Below, in pieces: positions 50,133-59,565 of a stretch of 64,000 nucleotides of DNA. The position numbers and the translations under genes are program-made. How positions within the stretch are numbered: position 1 is the stretch's first letter; each line of letters opens with the position of its first letter. Origin of the DNA: an uncultured Candidatus Rokubacteria bacterium (lineage in GTDB: Bacteria > Methylomirabilota > Methylomirabilia > Rokubacteriales > DASRDR01); the NCBI GenBank assembly GCA_963826115.1, contig CAWGVS010000007.1, forward strand, positions 64,001 to 128,000, read 5' to 3'. The notes beneath the pieces are model-generated. The model did no database searches. It had not been told where the DNA came from and saw only the letters and a program-made list of their open reading frames with translations.

Positions 50133-50855
50133 ATGTACGGCGGGTTCCGCGTGATTGCGATGGCGCCGATGCTCGACGAGGCGCGGAAGATCGGCAGCGT
50201 CGTGGCCCGGACCCCGCGCCCGCTCGTGGATGAAGTACTCGCCATCGACGATGGCTCCCGGGACGCCTCCGCCGAGGTGGCTCGGGCCGGCGGTGCCCGG
50301 GTGCTGCCACTCGGACGGACGGTCGGCGTCGGGGCCGCGCTCCGGGCGGGCTTCCGCTACGCCGTCGACGCCGGCTTCGACATCGTCGTCGTGATGGCCG
50401 GCAACAACAAGGACTCGCCGGAGGAGATCTCGCTCTTGCTGGATCCGATCGTCGAGGGTCGGGCGGACTTCGTCCAAGGCTCCCGGTTCCGCAAGGTCAA
50501 TCCTGACTTCGGGGAGATGCCCTTCTACCGACGGGTTGCGACGCGCGTCCATCCCCGGCTGTTCTCGCTCGTGGCGCGCCGCCGGGTGACCGACTCGACC
50601 AACGGCTTTCGGGCCATCCACCGTCGGCTTCTCACGGATCCACGTCTCGACCTGGCGCAACCGTGGCTCGACCAGTACGAGCTGGAGCCCTATCTCTACC
50701 TCCGCGCCATCCAGCTCGGCTACCGGACCGTGGAGGTTCCCGTCACCAAGCGATACGGAAGCCGGGCCCTCGGCCAGACCAAGATGCCGCCGGTGGTCGG
50801 CTGGTGGTCGATCCTCTCCCCCATCGTGTACCTGGGACTTGGTCTCAAGCGATGA
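50133..50855 (+). CDS. DPM1-like GT2 glycosyltransferase
   Basis: IDDGSRD, GVGAA, FVQGSRF, TDSTNGFRA. Confidence 0.85.
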   Translation: MYGGFRVIAMAPMLDEARKIGSVVARTPRPLVDEVLAIDDGSRDASAEVARAGGARVLPLGRTVGVGAALRAGFRYAVDAGFDIVVVMAGNNKDSPEEISLLLDPIVEGRADFVQGSRFRKVNPDFGEMPFYRRVATRVHPRLFSLVARRRVTDSTNGFRAIHRRLLTDPRLDLAQPWLDQYELEPYLYLRAIQLGYRTVEVPVTKRYGSRALGQTKMPPVVGWWSILSPIVYLGLGLKR

Positions 50856-51871
50856 TCCGCGTGGCCGTGGCCGGCGCCGGCCACTGGGGTCCCAATTTCG
50901 TCCGAAACTTCCAGAGCCCGCCGCGTGCCGAGGTGCGCTGGGTCGTGGACCACGATCCGGCCCGGCTCGCGGAGGTCCAGGCGCGCTTCCCGGGCATCCG
51001 CCTGGATCGTGACCTCGGGCGGGCACTGGCGGACCCGGAGGTGGACGCGGTCGTCGTGGCAACCCCGACCGCCACGCACTTCCCCCTCGCGTGCGCGGCG
51101 CTGGAGGCCGGGAAGCACGTGCTCGTCGAGAAGCCGATCGCGACGACCATGCGCCAGGCAGAGGCGCTCGTCGAGCTGGCCGACCGGAACCGGCGGGTGC
51201 TGCTGGTGGGCCACGTCTTCCTCTACAACGAGGGAGTGCGACGGGTGAAGCAGTACATCGACGAGAACGCCCTCGGGCGCGTCTACTACATCTCCATGGT
51301 GCGGACGAACCTGGGACCCATCCGCCCCGATGTCAACGCCGCCTGGGACCTGGGATCTCACGACGTCTCCATCGCGTACTACTGGCTGGGCCAGCTCCCC
51401 GTCAGCGTGACGGCGGTTGGGGGCACGTGGATCAACCTCGGCCTCGAGGATGCGGTGTTCGCGACGCTCCGGTATCCCGACGGTGTGCTGGTGAACCTCC
51501 ATCTCTCCTGGCTGAATCCCCGCAAGGTGCGGGACGTGACCGTGGTCGGCGAGAAACAGATGCTCACGCTGGACGACATGAACCTCACTGAACCCATCCG
51601 GCTCTACGACAAGCGCGTCGCCGGTGAGCAGGCTCACCCAGGCTACGTCGACACCTTCGCGCAGTTCCGTGCTAGCGTGCGCGACGGCGACATCACGATC
51701 CCCAAGGTGTCGCTCGGCGAGCCGTTGCGTAACGAGTGCGACGACTTCCTAGGCTGCATCGAGAGCGGCCGGCGCCCGGTCGCAGGGGGAGCCGTGGGGA
51801 CCGCGGTCGTGCGAACCCTGGAGGCGATCGCCCGCTCGATGCGGCAGGGTGGCGCGGAGGAGGCCGTGTGA
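50852..51871 (+). CDS. Gfo/Idh/MocA oxidoreductase (WbpB-like nucleotide-sugar dehydrogenase)
   Basis: GAGHWG, HVLVEKP, DLGSHD. Confidence 0.9.
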   Translation: MIRVAVAGAGHWGPNFVRNFQSPPRAEVRWVVDHDPARLAEVQARFPGIRLDRDLGRALADPEVDAVVVATPTATHFPLACAALEAGKHVLVEKPIATTMRQAEALVELADRNRRVLLVGHVFLYNEGVRRVKQYIDENALGRVYYISMVRTNLGPIRPDVNAAWDLGSHDVSIAYYWLGQLPVSVTAVGGTWINLGLEDAVFATLRYPDGVLVNLHLSWLNPRKVRDVTVVGEKQMLTLDDMNLTEPIRLYDKRVAGEQAHPGYVDTFAQFRASVRDGDITIPKVSLGEPLRNECDDFLGCIESGRRPVAGGAVGTAVVRTLEAIARSMRQGGAEEAV

Positions 51872-52989
51872 GCATGTCGAGGGTTCCCCTCTGCGACCTC
51901 GCCGCGCAGCATGAAGAGGTGGCATCGGAGATCCGGGAAGGGTTCGATCGCGTGTTCGGGCGAAGCGCTTTCATCGGTGGACTCGAGGTGGCGGAGTTCG
52001 AGGCCGCGTTCGCCCGGTTCGCAGGTGTCCCGCACTGCGTCGGAGTCGGCAACGGAACCGATGCGCTGGAGCTCGCCCTGCGCGCCGTCGACGTGCGCCC
52101 CGGCGACGACGTGCTTCTGCCCGCGAACACGTTCGTGGCGACCGCGATGGCGGTCGTGCGCTGCGGGGCCCGCCCGGTTCTGGCCGATGTCGATCCGGAC
52201 CATCTCTTGCTGGACGTGGCCAAGGCAGCGGCGCGGATCACTCCGGCAACCCGCGCCATCGTTCCCGTTCACCTCTTCGGCCAGCTCGCTCCCATGGAGC
52301 ACGTGCTCGCCCTGGCCCGGACGCGAGACCTCGTCGTGGTCGAGGATGCCGCCCAGGTGCACGGTGCCCGCCGCAACGGGCTGCACGCCGGCCAGTTCGG
52401 CGCCGCGGCCTCGACGAGCTTCTATCCGGGGAAGAACCTCGGCGCCGCCGGCGATGCCGGCGCCGTCCTCACGACGTCCGACCAGGTGGCCGCCCGGATT
52501 CGGGCGATCCGCAATCACGGGGGGGAGCGGTCGTACGAGCACGACGTGCTCGGGTTCAACTCGCGACTGGACACGTTGCAGGCGATCGTGCTGTCGGCCA
52601 AGCTCGCGCACCTCGCCCGGTGGAATAACTGCCGACGCGAAGCGGCCCAGCGCTACGACGCCCTCCTCGAGGAGCTGCCGGAGGTGGTGCGCCCCCGGAT
52701 ACTCGCGGGCAACGAGCACGTCTTCCACCTCTACGTCATCCGGCTGCCCCGCCGGGACCGAGTTCTCGCGCGTCTCGAGGCGGCCGGAGTGGGCGCGAAG
52801 GTGCACTACCCGACGCCTCTTCACCTGGTCCCCGCGCTCCGCGGGCTCGGGTACGCGCGGGGCGATTTTCCGGTCAGCGAGCGCGCGGCTCAGGAGATGA
52901 TCTCGTTGCCGATCTACCCTCACATCACGCCGCGGCAACAGGAGCACGTGGTCAGCGTCCTGCGGCGCGCTCTGGGCGAGCCAGTCTGA
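51868..52989 (+). CDS. DegT/DnrJ/EryC1/StrS aminotransferase
   Basis: GNGTDAL, EDAAQ, SFYPGKNLGA, NSRLD. Confidence 0.93.
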   Translation: MSMSRVPLCDLAAQHEEVASEIREGFDRVFGRSAFIGGLEVAEFEAAFARFAGVPHCVGVGNGTDALELALRAVDVRPGDDVLLPANTFVATAMAVVRCGARPVLADVDPDHLLLDVAKAAARITPATRAIVPVHLFGQLAPMEHVLALARTRDLVVVEDAAQVHGARRNGLHAGQFGAAASTSFYPGKNLGAAGDAGAVLTTSDQVAARIRAIRNHGGERSYEHDVLGFNSRLDTLQAIVLSAKLAHLARWNNCRREAAQRYDALLEELPEVVRPRILAGNEHVFHLYVIRLPRRDRVLARLEAAGVGAKVHYPTPLHLVPALRGLGYARGDFPVSERAAQEMISLPIYPHITPRQQEHVVSVLRRALGEPV

Positions 52990-52994
52990 CACCG

Positions 52995-53729
52995 ATGCGC
53001 CCGCGGGCGAACGGGGCTCGTGCTTCGAGTCGGCGCTCCAGTCTCGCGCGGGCGCGCCGCTCGTCAGTGGCCGCCCCGTCGACCGCACGGTCGCTGTTCG
53101 TGCATCCCCAGGCGCTCTGCGAGAGCAAGGACGTCGGTCCGGGTACGCGGGTGTGGGCGTTCGCCCACGTCATGGCGGGTGCCCGCGTGGGAGCGGGCTG
53201 CAACCTCGGCGACCACGTGTTCGTGGAAACGGGAGCGTGGATCGGCGACCGGGTGACGGTCAAGAACCAAGTCCTCGTGTGGGACCGGGTCACGCTGGAG
53301 GATGAGGTGTTCGTCGGCCCGGGCGTCGTCTTCACGAACGATCTGCGGCCGCGCGTGCGCTTTCGGACGCCTCCGGAGGATTTCCTGCCCACCCGGGTCG
53401 AGCGGGGTGCGTCGATTGGCGCGAATGCCACGATTCGGTGCGGGGTGACGGTGGGGGCGAACGCGTTCGTGGCGGCCGGCGGGGTGGTGATCCGCGACGT
53501 TCCGCCCCACGCCCTCGTGGCGGGCAACCCCGCCCGCCAGATCGGTTGGGTGTGCGAGTGCGCCGAGCGGCTCGGGTCGGGTCTCGCGTGCCGCTGCGGC
53601 CGGCGGTACCGGCCCGCGGCGGCCGGCGTGGCCGGCCTCGTCCTCGACGGCCGAGGTGCCGGGCGGTCCGTGCGGCGGCGCGCCGGCGGCAGGCGTGGGA
53701 ACCGGAGAGAGGCCGGCCCGCCACCTTGA
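52995..53729 (+). CDS. Hexapeptide-repeat N-acetyltransferase (WbpD-like); start uncertain (possibly 53067)
   Basis: VFVGPGVVFTND, GASIGANAT, AGNPARQIGWVCEC. Confidence 0.88.
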   Translation: MRPRANGARASSRRSSLARARRSSVAAPSTARSLFVHPQALCESKDVGPGTRVWAFAHVMAGARVGAGCNLGDHVFVETGAWIGDRVTVKNQVLVWDRVTLEDEVFVGPGVVFTNDLRPRVRFRTPPEDFLPTRVERGASIGANATIRCGVTVGANAFVAAGGVVIRDVPPHALVAGNPARQIGWVCECAERLGSGLACRCGRRYRPAAAGVAGLVLDGRGAGRSVRRRAGGRRGNRREAGPPP

Positions 53730-53863
53730 CACGATCGCGCCGACCTTCAATTCTGCGGAGCGCCACGCAGATCTGGGACGCGGGCCGGGCGGGCTTCTTC
53801 GGCTACTGCGTTGGCTGCCGTCTGCCCGGCGGCCCCGTGCCGTAGCGCGAACCGAACCACACG

Positions 53864-53909
53864 GGGGCCACGGGGCGGACGGACGGGCCCACCACCCGTG
53901 GCCCCTTTT
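53864..53909 (+). terminator. Terminator-like hairpin
   Basis: GGGGCCACGGG-N20-CCCGTGGCCCC followed by TTTT. Confidence 0.5.
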
Positions 53910-54011
53910 GCTTGTTCGGCACGCGCCGGGTTCGGACCGCCGGGAGGGACGCGAGAGCTCGGCGCCCCGGCGACCCAGCCGTACGGCACGTATCCGATCG
54001 GACGGGGCCCT

Positions 54012-54040
54012 TTGACACCGCCGCGCCCCTCCCGCACGAT
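54012..54040 (+). promoter_or_regulatory. Sigma70-type promoter
   Basis: TTGACA-N17-CACGAT. Confidence 0.6.
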
Positions 54041-54088
54041 CGAGGTCGTGAGCGGCCCGGCGGACTCTCGCCGGCCGAGGGAGCGGAC

Positions 54089-55252
54089 ATGGCCGAGCGG
54101 GCGACGATCGCGGAGCTCTCCGCCGAGGCCCACGCCTCGGCGATGGTCGACTACATGCGCGAGGGCGAGGCGCGTGCCCTCGCGCTCGGCAACCGGGGCC
54201 CGCTGCGCTTCGAGGCGGACGGCACGGTGCATCGCGACATCCTCGAGGCCTACTGGCGCGCGGGCTTCTACGTCCTCGAAGGCGTCATCGACGCGGAGGA
54301 GCTCGGGGAGCTCCGGGCCGACGTCGAGCGTGTCGTGGCCGGCGCGCCGGTCGAGCCGGGCGCGGCGATCGACGCGCGCGGGCGGCCGGCCATCGGAGCG
54401 GGGCTCGCGCGCCCCTCGTTCAGCTTCGCCCGGCCGCTCAGCGATCCGCTCGGCGGCACCGGCCGCTACCAGGGCCGGCACCCGGTCAAGATGCAGGAGC
54501 CGACGCCGACGGCGGGCGCGCCGGAACGCACCGTCGAGCTCCTTCTCGGCCACCTCCAGATCATGGACTCGTGCCTCCGCCTCTACGGCCATCCCGGGCT
54601 CCTCACCCTCGCGGAGGCCGTGAACGGCCCCGACTTCGTGCCGTTCAACGAGGTGGTCTTCATGAAGGAGGCCGGCCTCGGCGTCTCGGTCGCCTGGCAC
54701 CGGGACGGGACCACGCACTGGGCGAGCCCCGCGTTCCATCCCGGCTCCCACGGCTTCAACTTCATGGCGCAGCTCTACGGCAGCACGCCCGGCAACGGCG
54801 TGTGGGCGCTGCCCGGCAGTCACGTCCACCGCGAGGTCGACGTCCCGGCGCTGGTCGAGGAGAGCGGGTCCGAGCGCATCCGGCACGCGGTGCCGATGGT
54901 GTCCGGTCCCGGCGACGTGATCATCTCGAACCGCCAGCTGGTCCACGGCTCGTTCGCCAACACGTCTCCCGACCGGCGGGTCACCGTCAACTTCGGGTTC
55001 CTGCCCCGGGCCTCCGTGCTGAACGTCACCGCGACCCAGCTCGACGGCCGCGTGGAGACCTACGACGCCGCCCGCGTCCACCGGCGCTCGCGGATGATCG
55101 CCGTCGCCATCGACGCCCGGCACCGGCGCTTCCCGCGGGAGCGGCGCTACGTCTACCAGCCGCTTCGGGGCGAGGAGGACGCGAACCGCTTCACCGAGGC
55201 CGTCCGCGAGAGCGTCGTCCGGAACTACAACCTGCTGGACGTCCACATCTAG
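54089..55252 (+). CDS. Phytanoyl-CoA dioxygenase (PhyH)-like Fe/2OG oxygenase
   Basis: GFYVLEGV, WHRD, LPGSH, VHGS..N...RR. Confidence 0.88.
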   Translation: MAERATIAELSAEAHASAMVDYMREGEARALALGNRGPLRFEADGTVHRDILEAYWRAGFYVLEGVIDAEELGELRADVERVVAGAPVEPGAAIDARGRPAIGAGLARPSFSFARPLSDPLGGTGRYQGRHPVKMQEPTPTAGAPERTVELLLGHLQIMDSCLRLYGHPGLLTLAEAVNGPDFVPFNEVVFMKEAGLGVSVAWHRDGTTHWASPAFHPGSHGFNFMAQLYGSTPGNGVWALPGSHVHREVDVPALVEESGSERIRHAVPMVSGPGDVIISNRQLVHGSFANTSPDRRVTVNFGFLPRASVLNVTATQLDGRVETYDAARVHRRSRMIAVAIDARHRRFPRERRYVYQPLRGEEDANRFTEAVRESVVRNYNLLDVHI

Positions 55253-55330
55253 CAGCGCCAGGGCGGCGGTGATGGCGGCGCTCCCGGGCGCATCCGGGCC
55301 GCGGGCGGCGGTGGCCCGACCGACCGAGCG

Positions 55331-56419
55331 TCAGGAGCGGGACCGCCGCCCCAGCACGCGGCGGAGGCCGGCGCCCGGGACGGCGGCGAGCGAGCCGAGG
55401 TGCCAGACCGCCTGGAGATGCCGCGGGAACGTGAGCGCCGCCCGGGCGAGGCCGCCGGGCGCGGAGCGCCGGTGGTTGCACCAGTACACGAGCGCCCACG
55501 GCCGCCGCCGGTCGCGCACGCTCCACCGCTGCTCGAAGCGCTCGATCCGCGACACGGGGGCCGACGCGAGGGCGGCGAGCGCGTCCGCGGGGATCGGGGC
55601 GTCGAAGGCCGTCCGGAGGTACTCGAGCTGGAGCCGCATGCGGAGGACGAAGCGGCGGCGCGCGGATTCGGCGACGAGCCGGTCCCAGCGGACCCGACCG
55701 CGCCGGATGAGCGTGACGGCGTCGGCAATCCAGCGGATCCCCGGCACCCGCACCCACTTCTCGGCGTGCACGCACGCGTGGAGCAGCTGGTCCTCCGCGG
55801 CCGGGACGCGCGTCGACGCGCCCCCGAGCGCGACGGGCACCGAGGCGGCCCAGAGCGGCTCGTCGTCGTCGGGCCGGCAGCACTCCTCGAACACGTGCCA
55901 GTGGAGATCGACGGCCACGTTGTGGGCGTGCCGGAACGAGACCGAGTGCGTGAAGCGCGTCACGGTCGGCGTGAGCGGCGCGTCGGCCGTGAAGCCCTGC
56001 GTCTCCAGCACCCGGGCGGCGGCCGCCGCCCGATCGAGCGGCACCAGGACGTCGAGGTCGGTCATCGGACGCTCCCCGGGATCGGCGTAGCCGTCGACCA
56101 GGAGGGCCGGCCCCTTGAGGAGCAGGGTCGGGATCCCCGCGGCGCGGAATGGCTCGAGCACCTGCGGAAGCTGGGCGACGAGACGGGCGTTGGCGTCTCG
56201 CGCGGCGAGGTACCGGGACGCGAGCGCCTCCACCTCGACCCCGTGGCGCCGGAGATGGCTCCAGACGAGCGGCAGGAGGCGGGCAGCGCCGCGATCGAGC
56301 GCGGCGAGGTCGAGGGCCGGGGCGATCTCGCGCCAGGCCGCGATCGCCGCCGGTCCCGGACAGAGCCCGGCGCGGAGGAGGAGCGTCTGGCGCGTGTCGG
56401 GCCAGAGCCGACCCGTCAC
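55331..56419 (-). CDS. Nucleotidyltransferase (NTP_transf_5-like)
   Basis: LLLKG, RPMTDLDVLV, VDLHW, LHACVH, WIAD. Confidence 0.85.
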   Translation of the reverse strand: MTGRLWPDTRQTLLLRAGLCPGPAAIAAWREIAPALDLAALDRGAARLLPLVWSHLRRHGVEVEALASRYLAARDANARLVAQLPQVLEPFRAAGIPTLLLKGPALLVDGYADPGERPMTDLDVLVPLDRAAAAARVLETQGFTADAPLTPTVTRFTHSVSFRHAHNVAVDLHWHVFEECCRPDDDEPLWAASVPVALGGASTRVPAAEDQLLHACVHAEKWVRVPGIRWIADAVTLIRRGRVRWDRLVAESARRRFVLRMRLQLEYLRTAFDAPIPADALAALASAPVSRIERFEQRWSVRDRRRPWALVYWCNHRRSAPGGLARAALTFPRHLQAVWHLGSLAAVPGAGLRRVLGRRSRS

Positions 56420-56727
56420 AGCGCCTCGAGCAAGGTCCGCGGCCGCGCGCCGCCGTCGAGAAGCCGGCGGAGGTGGACGAGCGCCGTGGCGCGGTCGCAC
56501 TGCGCGTGACTGAAGGTCTTCACCGTGCGTGCCTCGTCATGCCGGGGTGCGCTCGCGCGCTTCATTCTGTCACACAGTAGACCGGAGGCGCGCGCACGCG
56601 GCGCACGCTGCCAGGGCGCGCAACTCCGCCTCACGCGCCGGACAGCCCCGGCCAACCTCGCGGGACGGGCGTTGATCGCGCTGGCCGCGACGGAGCGCCG
56701 TCGCCGGCCGTAGACGGGGCGTATCCC

Positions 56728-57132
56728 TCAGGGCGCCCATCCGTCGAGGCCGAAGGCATGCGGAATGTGCCGCACCGCCGTGACAGCGCCCGCCTCGTCC
56801 AGCGCGACGCCGACCACGTCGAAGCGGCAGGCCGGCTCGCCGAGCCGGTGCGTCGCGAGGTACCCGAGCGCGAGCCGGCCGAGGCGGAGGCGCTTCCGGG
56901 TGTCCACCGCCGCCTCGGGCGGCTCGGCGGCCGGGCCGCGGCGCGTCTTCACCTCGACGAACACGAGCGTCGACCCGTCGCGGGCGACGAGGTCGATCTC
57001 GCCGAGCCGCGACCGGAGGTTCCGCGCGACGATCACGAGGCCGCGGCGCTTCAGGTACCGCACCGCCGCGGCCTCGCCGGCCTGGCCGAGGGCCCGCGTC
57101 GAAGGCGAGACCCGCGCCTTCCACCACCGCAT
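56728..57132 (-). CDS. yraN: YraN (UPF0102) family endonuclease-like protein
   Basis: GQAGE, GEIDLV, LVFVEVKTR, RFDVV, HIPHAF. Confidence 0.93.
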   Translation of the reverse strand: MRWWKARVSPSTRALGQAGEAAAVRYLKRRGLVIVARNLRSRLGEIDLVARDGSTLVFVEVKTRRGPAAEPPEAAVDTRKRLRLGRLALGYLATHRLGEPACRFDVVGVALDEAGAVTAVRHIPHAFGLDGWAP

Positions 57133-57168
57133 GCCGGCTCCTGTGCAAGGAACCGACCAGGGCGGCGG

Positions 57169-57846
57169 TCAGGACCGGGGCGCGCCCTCCAGGATCCGCA
57201 CCACCTCGACGTAGCCGCGCGCGCGGGCGTGAGCGAGCGGCGTCAGGCCCTGCCGGTCGGCGAGGTCGACGCGCGCCCGCGCGTCGACGAGGATCCGAAC
57301 GACGGCCACGTGGCGCGGCCCGCCGTCGCCCAGGATCACGGCCTCCAGGAGCGCCGTCCAGCCGAGATTGTTGACGTGGTCGAGCGGCGCGCCCGCGTCC
57401 ACGAGGACCCGCACGACGTCCACGTGGCCGAGGTGCGCCGCGGCGATGAGGGCCGTGCCGTCGTAGGGGCTCGTCACGTTGCGCGGGCTCGCGCCGAGCT
57501 GGAGGACGAGCCGGAGCGTCGGGACGTCGCCCCGCACGGCCGCGATCGTGACCACGTCGTAGCGCTGCGCCTCGAGGGCATTCGGGTCCGCCCCGCCCGC
57601 CACCAGCGCCGTGAGCGCGTCCGTCTGAGCCCCGAACGCGGCGACGTGGAGCGGGGTCCGCCCGCGACCGTCCCGCGCGGCTGGATCCGTGCCGGCCGCG
57701 AGGAGCCGTCGGATCTCCGGCGCATCGCCACGAGCGGCCGCGGCGTGGAGCCCCGTGTAGGCGCGCAGCTCGTCCGGACCCGGCGGCGTTTGCGCGGACC
57801 CGGCGCGCGCGACGAGGAGCGCCGCGACCCCGGCCAGGGCCCACAT
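57169..57846 (-). CDS. Secreted ankyrin-repeat protein
   Basis: Signal peptide; GRTPLHVAA, GTALIAAA, GWTALLEA, GLTPL. Confidence 0.9.
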   Translation of the reverse strand: MWALAGVAALLVARAGSAQTPPGPDELRAYTGLHAAAARGDAPEIRRLLAAGTDPAARDGRGRTPLHVAAFGAQTDALTALVAGGADPNALEAQRYDVVTIAAVRGDVPTLRLVLQLGASPRNVTSPYDGTALIAAAHLGHVDVVRVLVDAGAPLDHVNNLGWTALLEAVILGDGGPRHVAVVRILVDARARVDLADRQGLTPLAHARARGYVEVVRILEGAPRS

Positions 57847-57887
57847 CGTTGCGCGGCGACGCACCGCTCGACCTGCGGGCGCCGGGG

Positions 57888-58799
57888 TCAGTCCGCGGCG
57901 ACCGAGGGCAGCTCCACCCCCGCCAGCGGGTCGGACTCCGGGTGGTAGTACATCCACTCCACGGCGCCCTCGGCGACGGTGCGATTCAGCGCGCGGGCCT
58001 GGCGCTCGCCCAGGTCGCGCACGATCTCGCCCGCGGGCGCGTGGCGCGCCACGATCAGGGCGTGGCGGGCATCGAGGGGGACCCGAACCTCCCGCGCGGA
58101 GCCGAGGCCGACCTGGTAGACCTTCGCGGCGTCCGACGGCGCCCAGCGCACGACCGGCGTGTCGCTCGTGAGAAGCACGGGCGCGGGGAAGCGGACGAGC
58201 TGCCACGTGCGGGCCGCCAGCTGGCGCGCGAGGGCAGGCATCGCGGCAAGCGAGCGGCCCACGCGCGGCTGGCCCGGGAGGGTCACGTCGGGCGGCCGCG
58301 GGGGGATCGCCGCCGGCGCGGCCTCGAGCTCGGGGTCGGCCGCGGCCGCGCCTTCGCTCCCGGACCCGGACTGCTCGTCGTCGGCGTCGTCCTCGTCGGC
58401 CTCGGCCTCCTCGATGGTCGTCATGATGAGCTGGCCGACCAGCGCGGCCGCCCGGCCGGCCTCGGCCCGGTGGTTGCGCCCGAGGAGGAGCTGGACCGCG
58501 AGGACCAGAGCGAGGCTCGCGCGGTCGCCGGCCGATGGCGGGAACTCTCCGCCAATGATCCGCCGCGCCACGTCGGCAGCCCGCGCCTCCGCCTCGGCGA
58601 GAAGCTGCGCGAGGGCCGCTGCGTCGGCGCGCTCCGCCGGCACCTCGTAGCCGCCGAGCTCCGCCACCGCGGCGTCCACCGTCACGAGCCGGCGGCGCGT
58701 GCGGTCCCGTCGCTCGGCCATGAGCTGGCCCGCACCGTCGGCGAAGCCGCGGAGCAGGAAGCGCGGCACGAGGGGACGCTCCAGCGCGAGCGGGCTCAT
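57888..58799 (-). CDS. DUF4238-like protein
   Basis: VPRFLLRGFA, LLTSDTPV, VPLD, LN motifs; acidic insert. Confidence 0.7.
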   Translation of the reverse strand: MSPLALERPLVPRFLLRGFADGAGQLMAERRDRTRRRLVTVDAAVAELGGYEVPAERADAAALAQLLAEAEARAADVARRIIGGEFPPSAGDRASLALVLAVQLLLGRNHRAEAGRAAALVGQLIMTTIEEAEADEDDADDEQSGSGSEGAAAADPELEAAPAAIPPRPPDVTLPGQPRVGRSLAAMPALARQLAARTWQLVRFPAPVLLTSDTPVVRWAPSDAAKVYQVGLGSAREVRVPLDARHALIVARHAPAGEIVRDLGERQARALNRTVAEGAVEWMYYHPESDPLAGVELPSVAAD

Positions 58800-58800
58800 C

Positions 58801-59502
58801 TCAGAATGGCAGCAGGAGCGACGGATCCCCCGGCGTCGCCGGCGCCTCGCCCGTCGGATGCCCCACGCCGTGAAAGGACCGTCGGTGGAGCGGGCACGGC
58901 CCGAGCCGCGCGAGCGCGTCGAGATGGGCGGTGGTCGCGTAACCCTTGTGCTGCCGGAAGCCGTACTCGGGGTAGCGCCGATCGGCGCTCGCCATGAACG
59001 CGTCCCGGACGACCTTGGCCAGGATGGACGCCGCCGCCACCGAGGCGGAGCGGCGATCCCCCCCGATGATCGCCCGCTGGGTGCACGTGACGCCGGGAAT
59101 GCGGAGGTTCCCGTCGACGAGCACGAGACCGGGCGCCAGGTGCAGTCGCGCGAGGGCGGCGCGCATCGCGGTCCACGTCGCCTGCAGCACGTTGATCACG
59201 TCGATCTGACGCGGGCCGACGCGCCCCACCGCGAAGGCGAGCGCGTGGGCCCGGATCTCGCGCGCAAGACGCCGTCGCTGCCGGGATGTGAGGAGCTTCG
59301 AGTCGCGGAGCCCGTCGATCGGGGCCGTCGGGTCGAGGATCACCGCGGCGGCGACGACCGGCCCCGCCAGGGGGCCGCGCCCCACCTCGTCCACCCCCGC
59401 GACCCAGAGGCCCCGGGCCCAGGCGCCGCGCTCCTGGGCGTAGAGATCCTCCTCCAGCTCGAACAGCGTCGCTTGCGGGGGACCGGACAGGCGCCGGGGC
59501 AC
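58801..59502 (-). CDS. rnhB: Ribonuclease HII
   Basis: GVDEVGRGPLAGPV, DSK, AAASILAKV, HKGY. Confidence 0.96.
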   Translation of the reverse strand: MPRRLSGPPQATLFELEEDLYAQERGAWARGLWVAGVDEVGRGPLAGPVVAAAVILDPTAPIDGLRDSKLLTSRQRRRLAREIRAHALAFAVGRVGPRQIDVINVLQATWTAMRAALARLHLAPGLVLVDGNLRIPGVTCTQRAIIGGDRRSASVAAASILAKVVRDAFMASADRRYPEYGFRQHKGYATTAHLDALARLGPCPLHRRSFHGVGHPTGEAPATPGDPSLLLPF

Positions 59503-59565
59503 TCGAGGACAGGCCCGCGCGGCGCGCCGGTGTCTGGCCGGCGCGCCGGGGAGCGCGTCGCGCGG

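Noticed and set aside
56416-56564. Small ORF coupled to the nucleotidyltransferase as a possible lasso/RiPP precursor
   Set aside because: It has no lasso leader or core pattern, and no cyclase, peptidase or PqqD gene is nearby; it may be a gene remnant.
41600-56750. Intact mobile element (integrase, transposase or ICE genes)
   Set aside because: No recombinase, transposase or conjugation motifs were recognised; only scars are reported.
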